A DNA stretch of 60,380 nt, filler included, from Sanchytrium tribonematis (lineage: Eukaryota), in the NCBI GenBank assembly GCA_018985235.1. It is 6 parts of 6 records of this genome, joined end to end, with 100 filler letters (N's around TTAATTAATTAA, not from the genome) between each part and the next. Parts side by side here need not be neighbours in the genome. Positions count along the whole stretch, not along the records: positions 1 to 10,011 come from JADGIG010000311.1; 5 more parts are not named here. The stretch is one strand, 5' to 3'. Of this stretch, positions 1-10,111 are shown one piece after another; positions within the stretch are counted from its first letter, which is position 1; each line of letters opens with the position of its first letter. Made by a program: the position numbers and the translations under genes. The notes under the pieces are model-generated. The model worked only from the letters and a program-made list of their open reading frames with translations, was not told the DNA's origin and searched no databases.

Positions 1-1
1 A

Positions 2-268
2 CGATTGAAAGAAAGACATGCTCGAAATCCCGGCATCATGCAAAGAATCGAGCACGAGCAATGGGTTTTAGAGTATGATAACGAAAGAGACGAACTGAAT
101 CGATCTATACAGCGCAAATTCAATGGCAGCTCACAATTGTCCGAGGAAGAAATGATAAATCTTGCGATGCAATTATCTCTTGATCATCAAGACCAATCCG
201 AAGCCAGGCAAAATCTGGAAGATGCAGCTATAATAGAAGCTGTTCATTCGTCAATGAACAATAAATAA
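2..268 (+). CDS. 3' end of a protein with two C-terminal UIM-like motifs (possibly F-box/WD40 Pof10-like); 5'-truncated by contig start
   Basis: Open frame from the contig edge; LSEEEMINLAMQLSLD and LEDAAIIEAVHSSM match the ubiquitin-interacting motif pattern (acidic-x-L-x-x-A-x-x-x-S). Confidence 0.6.
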   Translation, partial: RLKERHARNPGIMQRIEHEQWVLEYDNERDELNRSIQRKFNGSSQLSEEEMINLAMQLSLDHQDQSEARQNLEDAAIIEAVHSSMNNK

Positions 269-300
269 CTTATCATGCGAATAAAGTTAGAATGAGAATT
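172..300 (+). repeat. Direct repeat, copy 1 (3' end of the UIM gene plus poly(A) region)
   Basis: 194-278 aligns ungapped with 2167-2251 with 9 mismatches in 85 nt; similarity extends with small indels to ~172 and ~300. Confidence 0.95.
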
Positions 301-320
301 TAAATGAAACTAAAATTATA

Positions 321-2132
321 CTACACTAGGGCTATTTGCTTCAATTCCACCTCAAATAATTCTTTGAATCCCTCTTTTCCAACAAAGTTGAACTCTATAA
401 TGTTGCCTGGACTCCATTCAAATTGACCTAACCCTGCTGCGTCATCATGTAATCCCTTGCTAGTAATCAAGGTCAAAGATCTCACATTAAACACAACATC
501 TTTAAAAACTTCACCAAGACTCTTTTCAAACTTTAAATATCCAGACTTTGCATTGTCAACAATCAACATCAACGTATTCCTTGACTTCTTCCCTGTCTTT
601 CCCAATTTAAAGGTCTTCCCATATTCTCCTATCTTGATTTGAAAAAGGTGAATTGAATTGTCCCTCATTATTAGCAATCCATCAACGCCTGTCTCTTTTG
701 TAAAATAAAGAATCTTGTCAAATGAATAATCAAATATGAATTTTACACCATCAACTTTTGAACTAGGGTCAAAACTCAAGATACCATCAAAGACAGAATA
801 CTCTGAATACTCACTTAGATTAATAATGCGCTTTCTGATCTCTTCCTCGATTTTATGACCTAACGTATCAGAACCACCCCACTTCATCAATACACCTTGC
901 AAGCACATTAATAAATACTTGTCGGGGTGCTCTTCGTGAATAGCATCCAGTAAATCATAATACACAGGCATCAGAAACTCGAATGCCTGATTTTCATTAA
1001 CAATTAATAAGTCTTCATCACAAGCCTCCAGTAATGTACTGTAAGGATGAGGGAACAAATGGGATGGTAATTCATAAATCTGAATGGATTTCTGTGACCA
1101 AATTCGATCCTTGTTGTCTTTATTTTTCAAGAATAAAAGTCTAATAATAAAAGCCATTTGCTTATCTGTATCAATCCATCTTAATAGCTCATCACGGATT
1201 GTTTTTTCATTGTAAGTACCTCTGTACACATCCAACATCCTACCACCGACACCACCAGTACAATTCATATAATTGTCCAATTCAGCCAGTGATATATTGC
1301 GATCAGTTAAAAATCTGGTGAGTTCTTCTCTATTTCTCATTGGAGGAATGACTACCTCTTTATAACACTCGCGATTAAGGTCTGAAAATCCACCATGGTC
1401 ATATTTAATTGATTTTAAATTAGACTCTTGATATGCCAATGCTTTGGTAGCTGCACTTGAACCAGATATGATACCAAGTGACAAGACAGATTTACCAACT
1501 GCTAGTAGCTCACGAATCACTTTAATGTTTAGATCTTGTGTATTGCTTTTGACTTCGTAGAGCGACTGAAATTCGTCTCCGAATACAATCAATGTCTTAT
1601 TTTGATTCTGGCACCATGCAGATACATTAGTATCTGTAAAATCACCTATAGTCATTGGATTCAATACACTAGAAATTAATGTAGGCTGATGTGAAAAATC
1701 AATAAATATGACATATGTGAACTCTGAGCAGAAACCCTGAATAAACAACTTTAATCCTTTCATCAACAAAGTCTTTCCAACACTCTTACACCCTGTAATC
1801 ATCTTATTGCAACTTCTACCAAGTGGAGCGTTTTTATTCATATCATAAAGATTCATTTGACCTGATCTAATTAACAAAGTCATAACATCCTGGATTATCT
1901 CTTCTACAATTGAGGTCTTAAATAAAGAATGGATTAACACAGGTTCAATGACAACGGGCCATACCTTACGGAAGAAATCTACTAAAATAGATTTATCCAT
2001 CTTAAATGGGTCGCAAATTTTGATCAATTCATTCCATTCTAATCGAAGATCATCTAAAGTGATCTTTTTATCCACTTTCTTTGGCTGAGAGTTTTGGGTT
2101 TGCTTTTCTGAAAGATCATGTTTGTAACCCAT
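321..2132 (-). CDS. Crinkler/RHS-type P-loop NTPase + PD-(D/E)xK (REase-fold) protein, 603 aa, no recognisable N-terminal header domain
   Basis: Walker A GCKSVGKT, Walker B LIVFGDEFQ, sensor ISGSS, TGG motif; C-terminal G-x-x-I-E ... TGVDG ... FQIK nuclease-like signature. Confidence 0.75.
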   Translation of the reverse strand: MGYKHDLSEKQTQNSQPKKVDKKITLDDLRLEWNELIKICDPFKMDKSILVDFFRKVWPVVIEPVLIHSLFKTSIVEEIIQDVMTLLIRSGQMNLYDMNKNAPLGRSCNKMITGCKSVGKTLLMKGLKLFIQGFCSEFTYVIFIDFSHQPTLISSVLNPMTIGDFTDTNVSAWCQNQNKTLIVFGDEFQSLYEVKSNTQDLNIKVIRELLAVGKSVLSLGIISGSSAATKALAYQESNLKSIKYDHGGFSDLNRECYKEVVIPPMRNREELTRFLTDRNISLAELDNYMNCTGGVGGRMLDVYRGTYNEKTIRDELLRWIDTDKQMAFIIRLLFLKNKDNKDRIWSQKSIQIYELPSHLFPHPYSTLLEACDEDLLIVNENQAFEFLMPVYYDLLDAIHEEHPDKYLLMCLQGVLMKWGGSDTLGHKIEEEIRKRIINLSEYSEYSVFDGILSFDPSSKVDGVKFIFDYSFDKILYFTKETGVDGLLIMRDNSIHLFQIKIGEYGKTFKLGKTGKKSRNTLMLIVDNAKSGYLKFEKSLGEVFKDVVFNVRSLTLITSKGLHDDAAGLGQFEWSPGNIIEFNFVGKEGFKELFEVELKQIALV

Positions 2133-2146
2133 GTTTTAATAAACTT

Positions 2147-2266
2147 ATTATTTTTGATCATAAGCCCAATCCGAAGCCAGGTAAAACTTGGAAGATGGAG
2201 CTATATTAGAAGCTATTCATTCGCCAATGACCAATAAATAATTTATCATGCCAATCAATGAAAATT
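2147..2266 (+). repeat. Direct repeat, copy 2 (degenerate, frameshifted copy of the UIM gene end)
   Basis: Same alignment as copy 1; has 1-nt deletions (gatcat-aag) and no upstream coding continuation. Confidence 0.95.
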
Positions 2267-2314
2267 CTTTTTACTGTGAAACAATTTAAATTTATTGTAA
2301 CACACAAATAAAAA

Positions 2315-3860
2315 ATGACAAATCAATGTACAAATTGCAGCTCAGAAAATATTTTAAATGATCAGCAACTAGGGCATTTAGTGTGTGAAGATTGTGGTCA
2401 TGTTATCAGCGAAAATCAAATTGTCAGTGAAATACAATTTGTTGAATCAGGCAATACTGCCAGAGCAGTCGGTGCCACTATTAATGAGACTAATTCATCT
2501 ACACAGCAATCATCTTTAAACCATGCAAAGCGAACTATCAGTCAGATTGGATACCCATTGAACTTGCCAGACTCAATTATCGAAACTGCTCATAGATATT
2601 ACAAATTAGCACTTATAAACAAGCAAACTATGGGTAGAAGACATATCGATGTCTGCTGTGCTTGTATTTATATCGCATGTAGACTTAATGAAACCCCAAT
2701 CCTATTAATTGATTTGAGCGACATTACCAAATCATCTGTCTTCTCTTTAGGATCTATTTTCATGAGCTTATTAAAAGCTTTTAATTTAAAAGTCCCAATT
2801 ATGGATCCGGCTTTATATATCTCTCGGTTTACTGCCATGCTCAATTTAGGCGAAAACACCTCCGCTGTTGCTAGAGATGCTGTAAAATTGGTACAACGAT
2901 TTAGTAGAGACTGGATACAGACCGGTAGACGTCCTAATGGTATTTGTGGTGCTGCTTTGGTAATTTTTATTTATATAGTTAATTGCTGCTCGAATGAATG
3001 GAATTGAACTTCCTACTCACGACATTGAAAGATTGGTCAAAATTAGCGCCAGCACTATTAATAAGCGGTTGCTAGAGTTTAGTAGTACAGAATCTGCTTC
3101 TCTATCAGGTAACACTTTTCAAGTAGAATTAGTCAGCAAAGAGGAGGAGCCACCATCTTTTAAGAAAAATCGGGATGTCGAGAAAAATGAAAAAATGGTA
3201 TCTGAACTCAATATAACTCAGCAAAAAAAGCTCATGGAAATTATTGTTAATGAACTTGATGATGATGACTTTGCAGAAGAAATTCAACTCAGCATTGATG
3301 ACATGGTTTCATTAGAATATGATTCTGTCTCACTTAACGCACCAACAGCAGCAACTGACGAAGGCAAAAACTTAAGTGACTTAGAGGATGATCCTGTTGT
3401 GAATGAAATGATACTTTCAAAGGAGGCAGCTGAAATCAAAAAAATGATTTGGCACAAAGAATACGAAGAAGATTTGAAAGAAATGGCTGCTAGAAACAAA
3501 AGACCTCCCCAAGCAACCAGAAAGAAAAAACCAAAGGAAAACTTTAAGAGTGTTAGTGAAGCAATTAAAAAGAAGGTTGCCCCAAAATTATCGAAAAAAT
3601 TGAATTACGAATTGATGCAAGTGTTAGATACATCAGATGCACGAACCCGGACAACTTTGCCACCTCTTGATCCTACTGCTGATGAAAACAAAAGTATAAT
3701 TACTTTGTCATCGTACAAGACAAATAAGACTGGATTTACTCAAGCTACTCACTTAACTCGCGCATCCCTATTTTCTACAAGATCCTCTCAATTCAAATTT
3801 CAAAGGCTAAAGGTGTCTTACGCACCAGATGACTTCAATGCTTATGACGAATACGATTAG
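2315..3860 (+). CDS. BRF1: TFIIIB subunit Brf1, 508 aa; exons 2315-2959 and 2979-3860
   Basis: Zn ribbon CTNC..CEDC, cyclin folds, WIQTGRRPNGICGAAL|LIAARMNG restored by removing a 19-nt intron, C-terminal TBP-binding block LSDLEDD..ILS..IW. Confidence 0.95.
2960..2978 (+). other. 19-nt spliceosomal intron (phase 0)
   Basis: GTAATTTTTATTTATATAG; removal fuses ORFs 2315.. and 2994.. in frame. Confidence 0.95.
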
Positions 3861-3961
3861 TGTTCCGTGAACTTATTCAGTTTAAATTTTAAATAAATTA
3901 TGTCATCAAAGTACCGAATTTCTTTTGTAGTGCTTGATTTGCTAACTATTTTTAATTTGTA

Positions 3962-6308
3962 TTATTTTACTACTGCGTTGTTCAGCTTCATTTGTATCGT
4001 TCTCAAGGCGTAGTAGTTCGGGAAGGTTTTAAATCTCTGTTCCATTTGATAGAATTCCGTTATAGTCATGCTCTTTTCATCATTTGACTTGAATTCAACC
4101 GTTCGGCAATATTCTTCAAAAACGTTGGCCATTTCCGTTAAAGATGCAGACATTACAACGTGAGTCACTTGATCCGTAGTGTATTTGGATAATACCCTAT
4201 GCAATAATTCAGTTTCCTTAATGAAAGACAATATTGGCTCTGAAAATGCAAAATCTGGTGTTTCCTGTACATAGAGAACATTTTGGTATTTTGTTTTTAA
4301 TTCCTGTATTCTTTTTGATATTTCAATTTTCTAAATAAATCAACATTACTTTAAATGCACCCAAGTAGTATAATGTTCGTTCTTTAATAATATGAACTAA
4401 TTTTAATTCTATTTCCTTTTGATGGTCTTTTACCACATTAGCCAGTTTTTGGACCTCTTCATTCATGAATGAGATTTTGTCTTCTGGAATTTTATTAGTA
4501 AAAAATCCAATTATAAAGGGGGAAAGAGCAACGATGACTTCAACGCTCTGCCAACTTAAACAAAGATGTTTTGCAGTAATGCTTTTAAGCCCCGCTGTTT
4601 TTGCGGCACCTCCGCCGAGCACACTTTGGCATACCAAAGAATTGAAGTTTCTTAAAAACTCCATAACTTTGAAAAATGAGTCCCAGGTGATGTCATTGCA
4701 GCTTTTTGCGAAAGACAAATAGCTGTATAGGAATTTTATAAGATATAACACAACGCCGACAATTGGGTAACTTTTTCCGAGAATTACAAGCTTTTCCTTC
4801 GGGGACTGATCTGACTCATCTGATATCAAATTTTCATTTTCTATTTTTTTCAAAAGCATCATGAATTCTCCAGGGACATCTACCGATCCCCATTGCTCAT
4901 TCTGTATTAAGCTAGTAATATCGCTAGAGTTTTTGTTATGGAATATTAAGAGTCTCTGCCTCAAAGAAGTAATAAACCATGCTTGAAATATATTGAGAAT
5001 AGTGATGCTGTTTGGTTTCTCTGCGGATATCCACTTGCCGGATGTGAGTGAAAAATCATTTGTTTGCAAGTATTGAAGCAAAGATATGAGCTTCTTGCAG
5101 CCATCGTAGATATCCATCAAGGTTTCAAACTCAACTACCTCAAATATACTTTTTTGTTGTCCTTCCACAGGAATTAGCAATTTTTGAGTCAAATTCTTGA
5201 TTACATCAGATATTACAAATAACGTTTGATCTTTCGATTTGAAAAGCATATATTGTGAAAAAAGTACAATTACTGCACTAGAAGTCCGCTTAATTAAATC
5301 CTTGGCAGATGTTGCAGAATCCGATGACAAATTAATTCCTAGTAGGGTCCAATCACCATCTTCAAATGCCTTAAGTACTTTAATTTTATATTCTTCCAAA
5401 ATGTTGTCAATCATACCACTACTCTCAAAAGTATTCCAAAATTTGTTCAGGGTTGGAAGAGAGTAATTTGGAGATAATATTGACGGATATTCAAAGTTTG
5501 AAACTAAATTTGGAAAGTTGGGTCGGATTCCAAAGATTTGAGCCAGTCCTTCTTTACAAATGCCGTCATTGTAATTTTTTTCAAGCATTTCCAAATGCTT
5601 CCACATATGTTGTGTGGCAGGAAAACGAGGAAGTTTTAACTCTAACTGATGTATAATATCATGAGCCGCAAAATAATCTTTACTTTCGAGTAATTGAGTG
5701 GTCAATTCTAATAGTTCTTCGCATTCTTTGATATCTTTTATCATGGATTTAAACTTTTTTAATAATTCAACATTTTCTTTAGTCTGTATCACTTTAAACG
5801 CAGAATCGCAAGACTTTTTGATTTTTTCCAAAGTCAGCTTGTGAGACAAAAGTTCATCATCAATAACTTTAAAGGTTGTTTGCAAATCAGACATTGATTT
5901 TGATATGGTATATAACTCTTCGGACTTCTCAGAGATGACATGGATAAGCTTGTTTTCTACATTTGATTGATATTGCTTTAATTTTTCAAGAATGTTTGGA
6001 GCATTTGCTGATAAAACTCTCAAATCATCAACTTTAATATCCATTAGACGCAATAAACTATTAAAATCTCTTGATTTTTCAAGTTCTAAGCTTTCAAATA
6101 ATTTTGGAATTTCGTCACTAGTTACACTAAGTGCACTCTTCTTCAGCTTCAAGATTCTGTATTGATCATATTCCTGAGTGATATATTTGATATAAGGATT
6201 TAAATTTGGGGGCTTAACTGGCCCGCCTTTTGGCTGAGTTGCTGCAAGTTCTTCTCTAGTAGGTTGATTTAGGACTGATGAAATAGTTATGTATTTTTGA
6301 GGCAACAT
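3962..6308 (-). CDS. VPS54: GARP complex subunit Vps54, 775 aa; exons 6308-4350 and 4330-3962
   Basis: ISSVLNQP N-terminal motif; FNSLVCQSVLGGGAAKTAGLKSITAKHLCL Vps54 signature; the two ORFs join in frame through a 19-nt intron. Confidence 0.92.
4331..4349 (-). other. 19-nt spliceosomal intron (phase 0)
   Basis: GTAATGTTGATTTATTTAG on the minus strand; removal gives AFK|KIEISKRIQ.. in frame with the 4231 ORF. Confidence 0.9.
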
Positions 6309-6476
6309 TAATGTTTCAGAGAATTTTATTTGCCAAATTAAAGGTTTGTAGCAATTTATTCAAAACTCAGGTAATATCGCTATTTGTGTCTGTGAATTTT
6401 TCTTCCAGTGCATATTAAAACTATTCAAGATTTAGCCTCCAAAAGTTCTTGTAATATTCATAACCTAACAAAGGAG

Positions 6477-7400
6477 ATGGATCCAAAATTCCAATGCAGG
6501 TACTACCGTAATAAATATCCAAATGTTGATGACCTGGTAATTGTCACCACTAATCAGATTGCTGAAATGGGTGCGTACTGCTCTTTGTTGGAATATAACA
6601 ATGTTGAGGGTATGATATTATTGAGCGAGTTGTCGCGAAGACGTATTAGAAGTATACAGAAAGTTATTAGAGTAGGTAAGGATGAAGTTTGTGTGGTTCT
6701 TAAAGTGGATCAAGAGAAAGGCTACATCGACTTGAGTAAAAAGAAAGTCACATTGGAGGATAGCAAAATGGCAGAGGAACGATATCTGAAAGCGAGAACT
6801 GTGCATTCTTTAATGAAGCATGTAGCGGAAAAAACTGACAGGAATTTGGAGGAATTATATGAAATGTTTTGTTGGGATCTTTATGACAAATATGGACATG
6901 CACTAGATGCATTTAAAATTGCTGTGACTGATTCAGAGAAAGTCTTTGAAGGAATTAAAATCGATCCTCAGGTTTTCGCTGAATTACAAGTTCAAATCAA
7001 AAGAAGACTAACCCCACAACCCATTAAGGTTAGAGTTGATGTGAATGCCTTTTGCTATGCTTACGAAGGAATCGATGCCATTAAGGAAATTTTTGGCGAT
7101 GCCCTGAAAAACGAGCACCAAGGTTTCAGCAGTCCCTTAAAGATCAAATTGGTAGCACCTCCAGTCTATGTTATAACTGCTCTTACTCTAGATAAAAATG
7201 CGGGAGTCGAACTTATGACCAAAATTGTCGACGACATGAAAGAGAAATTAAAAAGCAAAGGCGGAGATTTGACAATAAAAGAGGCTGTTCGTGCTGTCTC
7301 AACAAATGATGATTTAGAATTGGAGAAAATGATGAAAAAGTTGGCGCTTGAAAATGCGGAAGTTTCTGGCGATGACGAAATATCAGGAGACGACGAATAA
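6477..7400 (+). CDS. SUI2: Translation initiation factor eIF2 alpha
   Basis: CRYYRNKYP, S1 domain, phosphorylation loop ILLSELSRRRIRSI; first ATG at 6477. Confidence 0.98.
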   Translation: MDPKFQCRYYRNKYPNVDDLVIVTTNQIAEMGAYCSLLEYNNVEGMILLSELSRRRIRSIQKVIRVGKDEVCVVLKVDQEKGYIDLSKKKVTLEDSKMAEERYLKARTVHSLMKHVAEKTDRNLEELYEMFCWDLYDKYGHALDAFKIAVTDSEKVFEGIKIDPQVFAELQVQIKRRLTPQPIKVRVDVNAFCYAYEGIDAIKEIFGDALKNEHQGFSSPLKIKLVAPPVYVITALTLDKNAGVELMTKIVDDMKEKLKSKGGDLTIKEAVRAVSTNDDLELEKMMKKLALENAEVSGDDEISGDDE

Positions 7401-7444
7401 AGCAATAATCTATGATGTTTACTGATAAAATAATTAATACACTT

Positions 7445-8158
7445 TTACAAAATTTCTATGTCTTCAATATCGACATTTTGTTGAAGAAAAAAAACTCCAA
7501 ATTGAATGTGGCGGTACGAGCTCAAGGTAAGCTTATTATCATGATACATTTTACAAGCAATGTCATTTAGCCACAAACATGCATCTCTTGAGAAAGGAAG
7601 AGGCTTGTTAGTTTGATTTAATCGTAGTAAAAGTTGCTGTGCTACAGAACGTGATAGTTTGAGGCTTTTTTCAGACTCCAGTACATGAATAGCATCTAAT
7701 ACTGTCTCGCATTGCTCGCCAAATCCTTTTCCAAAGTAAATAATTAATTGTTTTAACTCGTTTAGAAACAATTCCTTTCCAACATCATTTAGCATGTTGT
7801 AATCCATTAGAGTAGGATAAGCATGTGAGGCAGAGCTAACCCAATGCTTTACATGCTCTCGGTCGTCATCTTCCAGATTCTTGAGTATAATATTTAAGGT
7901 TTCCGCAGTATTTGTTGATGAAATATAATAAGGCGATTTAGATGTTTTAATTGGACTGTTGGTAGCATGGATGAGTAATTGAAGAAGATCTTGGTCATTG
8001 ATTCCAGGATCTTTTTCGTCAAGATGGCTTTTTTTTAAAGTTGATCGAAAATATTTTACAAATGATATCAAGTAAATGTTGGCTCCCGAAAACAAAATAC
8101 AAATAATACAGAGCTTTATGATTGACGTCAACCAAAAATCATCAGAAGCATTTAACAT
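7445..8158 (-). CDS. Hypothetical protein with an N-terminal transmembrane segment
   Basis: ~237-codon ORF filling the intergenic space; hydrophobic stretch IIKLCIICILFSGANIYLISF; family not recognised. Confidence 0.6.
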   Translation of the reverse strand: MLNASDDFWLTSIIKLCIICILFSGANIYLISFVKYFRSTLKKSHLDEKDPGINDQDLLQLLIHATNSPIKTSKSPYYISSTNTAETLNIILKNLEDDDREHVKHWVSSASHAYPTLMDYNMLNDVGKELFLNELKQLIIYFGKGFGEQCETVLDAIHVLESEKSLKLSRSVAQQLLLRLNQTNKPLPFSRDACLWLNDIACKMYHDNKLTLSSYRHIQFGVFFLQQNVDIEDIEIL

Positions 8159-8271
8159 ACCAAGCCACACGAGACTAGAATTTGTTTTAATTTCTGTGAC
8201 GTGCCTATTTAATGAAACAATAGAAAAGGAATCTCAAAATAGTTCTTTTAAAATTAAAGGGGGTGAAAATT

Positions 8272-8868
8272 ATGGTCGAATTGTCTCGCAAAGAGTATTG
8301 GGACAGTGTTTACAAAAGGGACATTAACATTTTGAAGGATTCTGGCGACATTGGTGAAATTTGGTTTGGAGAGCAAGTAGAAGAAAATATCCTCGACGCC
8401 GTTGAAAAATATTGTACAAAAGATATGAAAATTGTCGACATAGGGTGTGGCAATGGTTCAATTACCAATTTATTGTCACAAGAAGGGTACGATTGTACTG
8501 GATATGATTACAGCGAATATGCGGTGGAACTTTGTAATACTGCTTTTCCTGATTTAAAATTTGAATGCGTTGATATTTTAGAATTAAGGGCGAAAAGTCT
8601 TTTTAATTGTGCAGTTGACAAAGGCACATTGGATGCAATATATTTATCTGGAAAGCCTACTGACTTGAGCATCTATGCAGAAAACATGTTTAATGCATTG
8701 AAAGACAACGGGTTTTTATTCATCACAAGCTGTAATATGACAGTCGATGAGCTTCAAAACATATTTGTAAATTTCGAGATGATTCACAATATCCCGTATC
8801 CAGTGTTCCAATTTGGTGGACAATCTGGACAGAAAGTTACTTCCTTGGTTTTTAAAAAAATAAATTGA
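8272..8868 (+). CDS. EFM4: Protein-lysine N-methyltransferase Efm4/METTL10 (eEF1A methyltransferase)
   Basis: KEYWDSVY..GEIWFGE, VDIGCGNG, DKGTLDAI, ITSCN, FQFGG motifs. Confidence 0.93.
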   Translation: MVELSRKEYWDSVYKRDINILKDSGDIGEIWFGEQVEENILDAVEKYCTKDMKIVDIGCGNGSITNLLSQEGYDCTGYDYSEYAVELCNTAFPDLKFECVDILELRAKSLFNCAVDKGTLDAIYLSGKPTDLSIYAENMFNALKDNGFLFITSCNMTVDELQNIFVNFEMIHNIPYPVFQFGGQSGQKVTSLVFKKIN

Positions 8869-8898
8869 ATTTCAGGAGAAATTTAGAAACAAGCCTGT

Positions 8899-10011
8899 AT
8901 GCATTCTATACCGCCAATATTACTAACCGATTCCTATAAACTGGCTCATTTTGAGCAGTATCCAGATTGCAACAAGATGGTGGCATACGGAGAATTTCGG
9001 AAACCATTGAGCGATGGAGACCATCGAATTGTATTTTATGGCATTCGATATCTTCTCACTTTGGTTACTAAAAAATGGACTTTGAACGATGTTGAAAAAT
9101 CTGAATCATTTTTAAAAACGCATTATAATGGAAAACCGTACCCGTTTCCAAAGCAATTATTTCTTGACTTTATTGAAGAACATGATGGACACTTTCCAGT
9201 TCAAATTGAATGTTTGGATGAAGGAACTATTATCTATCCCCATGTTCCTGTTTACCAAATTATTGCTTATGGAAAATATTCAAAGTTAGTTACGTATCTG
9301 GAAACCATTTTGACCATGATTTGGTACCCTTCAAATGTTGCAACAATATCGCGACACACTAAATCTATCATTGAAAAGTATTATGAGCAAACTGTAGATC
9401 AAGACGGTTTTTGGTCCTTGGATTCACGCTTACACGATTTTGGTTACCGTGGTTGCACCTCTGTTGAACAAAGTGTCATTGGCGGAGCTGCTCATTTGCT
9501 TAATTTTACCGGTACTGATACATTGTCGGCAGCCTACCACGTACAATATAATTTAAATAATGGAAAACCTGTAGGATATTCAATTCCTGCGACTGAGCAT
9601 TCTGTTATGACTGCTTGGAATACTGAAAAAGAAGCCATCTCAAACATGATCAACAGGTATGGAGATGGAGTGTATGCATGTGTAATGGATAGCTATAGCT
9701 ACATGAAAGCTTTAACCGATGTTCTTCCTAGTATTTATCAGGAGAAAATAGGGAAAGGCGGATTTCTGGTTTTAAGGCCAGATAGTGGTGATCCTGTCGA
9801 AACAGTCTTACAAGCCTTAAGATCCGCTGAGCGTGTATTTGGCTGCAGTTTTAATCAAAAAGGTTACAAAGTAATTAATGGATGTGGTGTGATTCAAGGC
9901 GATGGAATCAATAAGGACACGGTCCAAAAAATACTCGAAGCAGCAGAAAAGGAAAAATACAGCGCAATGAATATCGCATTTGGGATGGGAGGTGGTTTGT
10001 TACAAAAGCAT
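8899..10011 (+). CDS. NAMPT: Nicotinamide phosphoribosyltransferase; 3'-truncated at contig end
   Basis: LLTDSYKLAH, LHDFGYRG, SIPATEHS, LRPDSGDP, IQGDGI, FGMGGGLLQK. Confidence 0.93.
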
Positions 10012-10111
10012 NNNNNNNNNNNNNNNNNNNNNNNNNNNNNNNNNNNNNNNNNNNNTTAATTAATTAANNNNNNNNNNNNNNNNNNNNNNNNNNNNNNNNN
10101 NNNNNNNNNNN
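10012..10111. other. Artificial contig linker
   Basis: 44 N + TTAATTAATTAA (stops in all six frames) + 44 N. Confidence 0.99.

Noticed and set aside
2941..3007. Overlapping BRF1 ORFs and other split genes as programmed frameshifts, pseudogenes or stop-codon reassignment
   Set aside because: Every break is resolved exactly by a GT-AG 19-20 nt segment with a shared consensus. TAA, TAG and TGA all terminate conserved proteins at expected positions, and long ORFs need no read-through.
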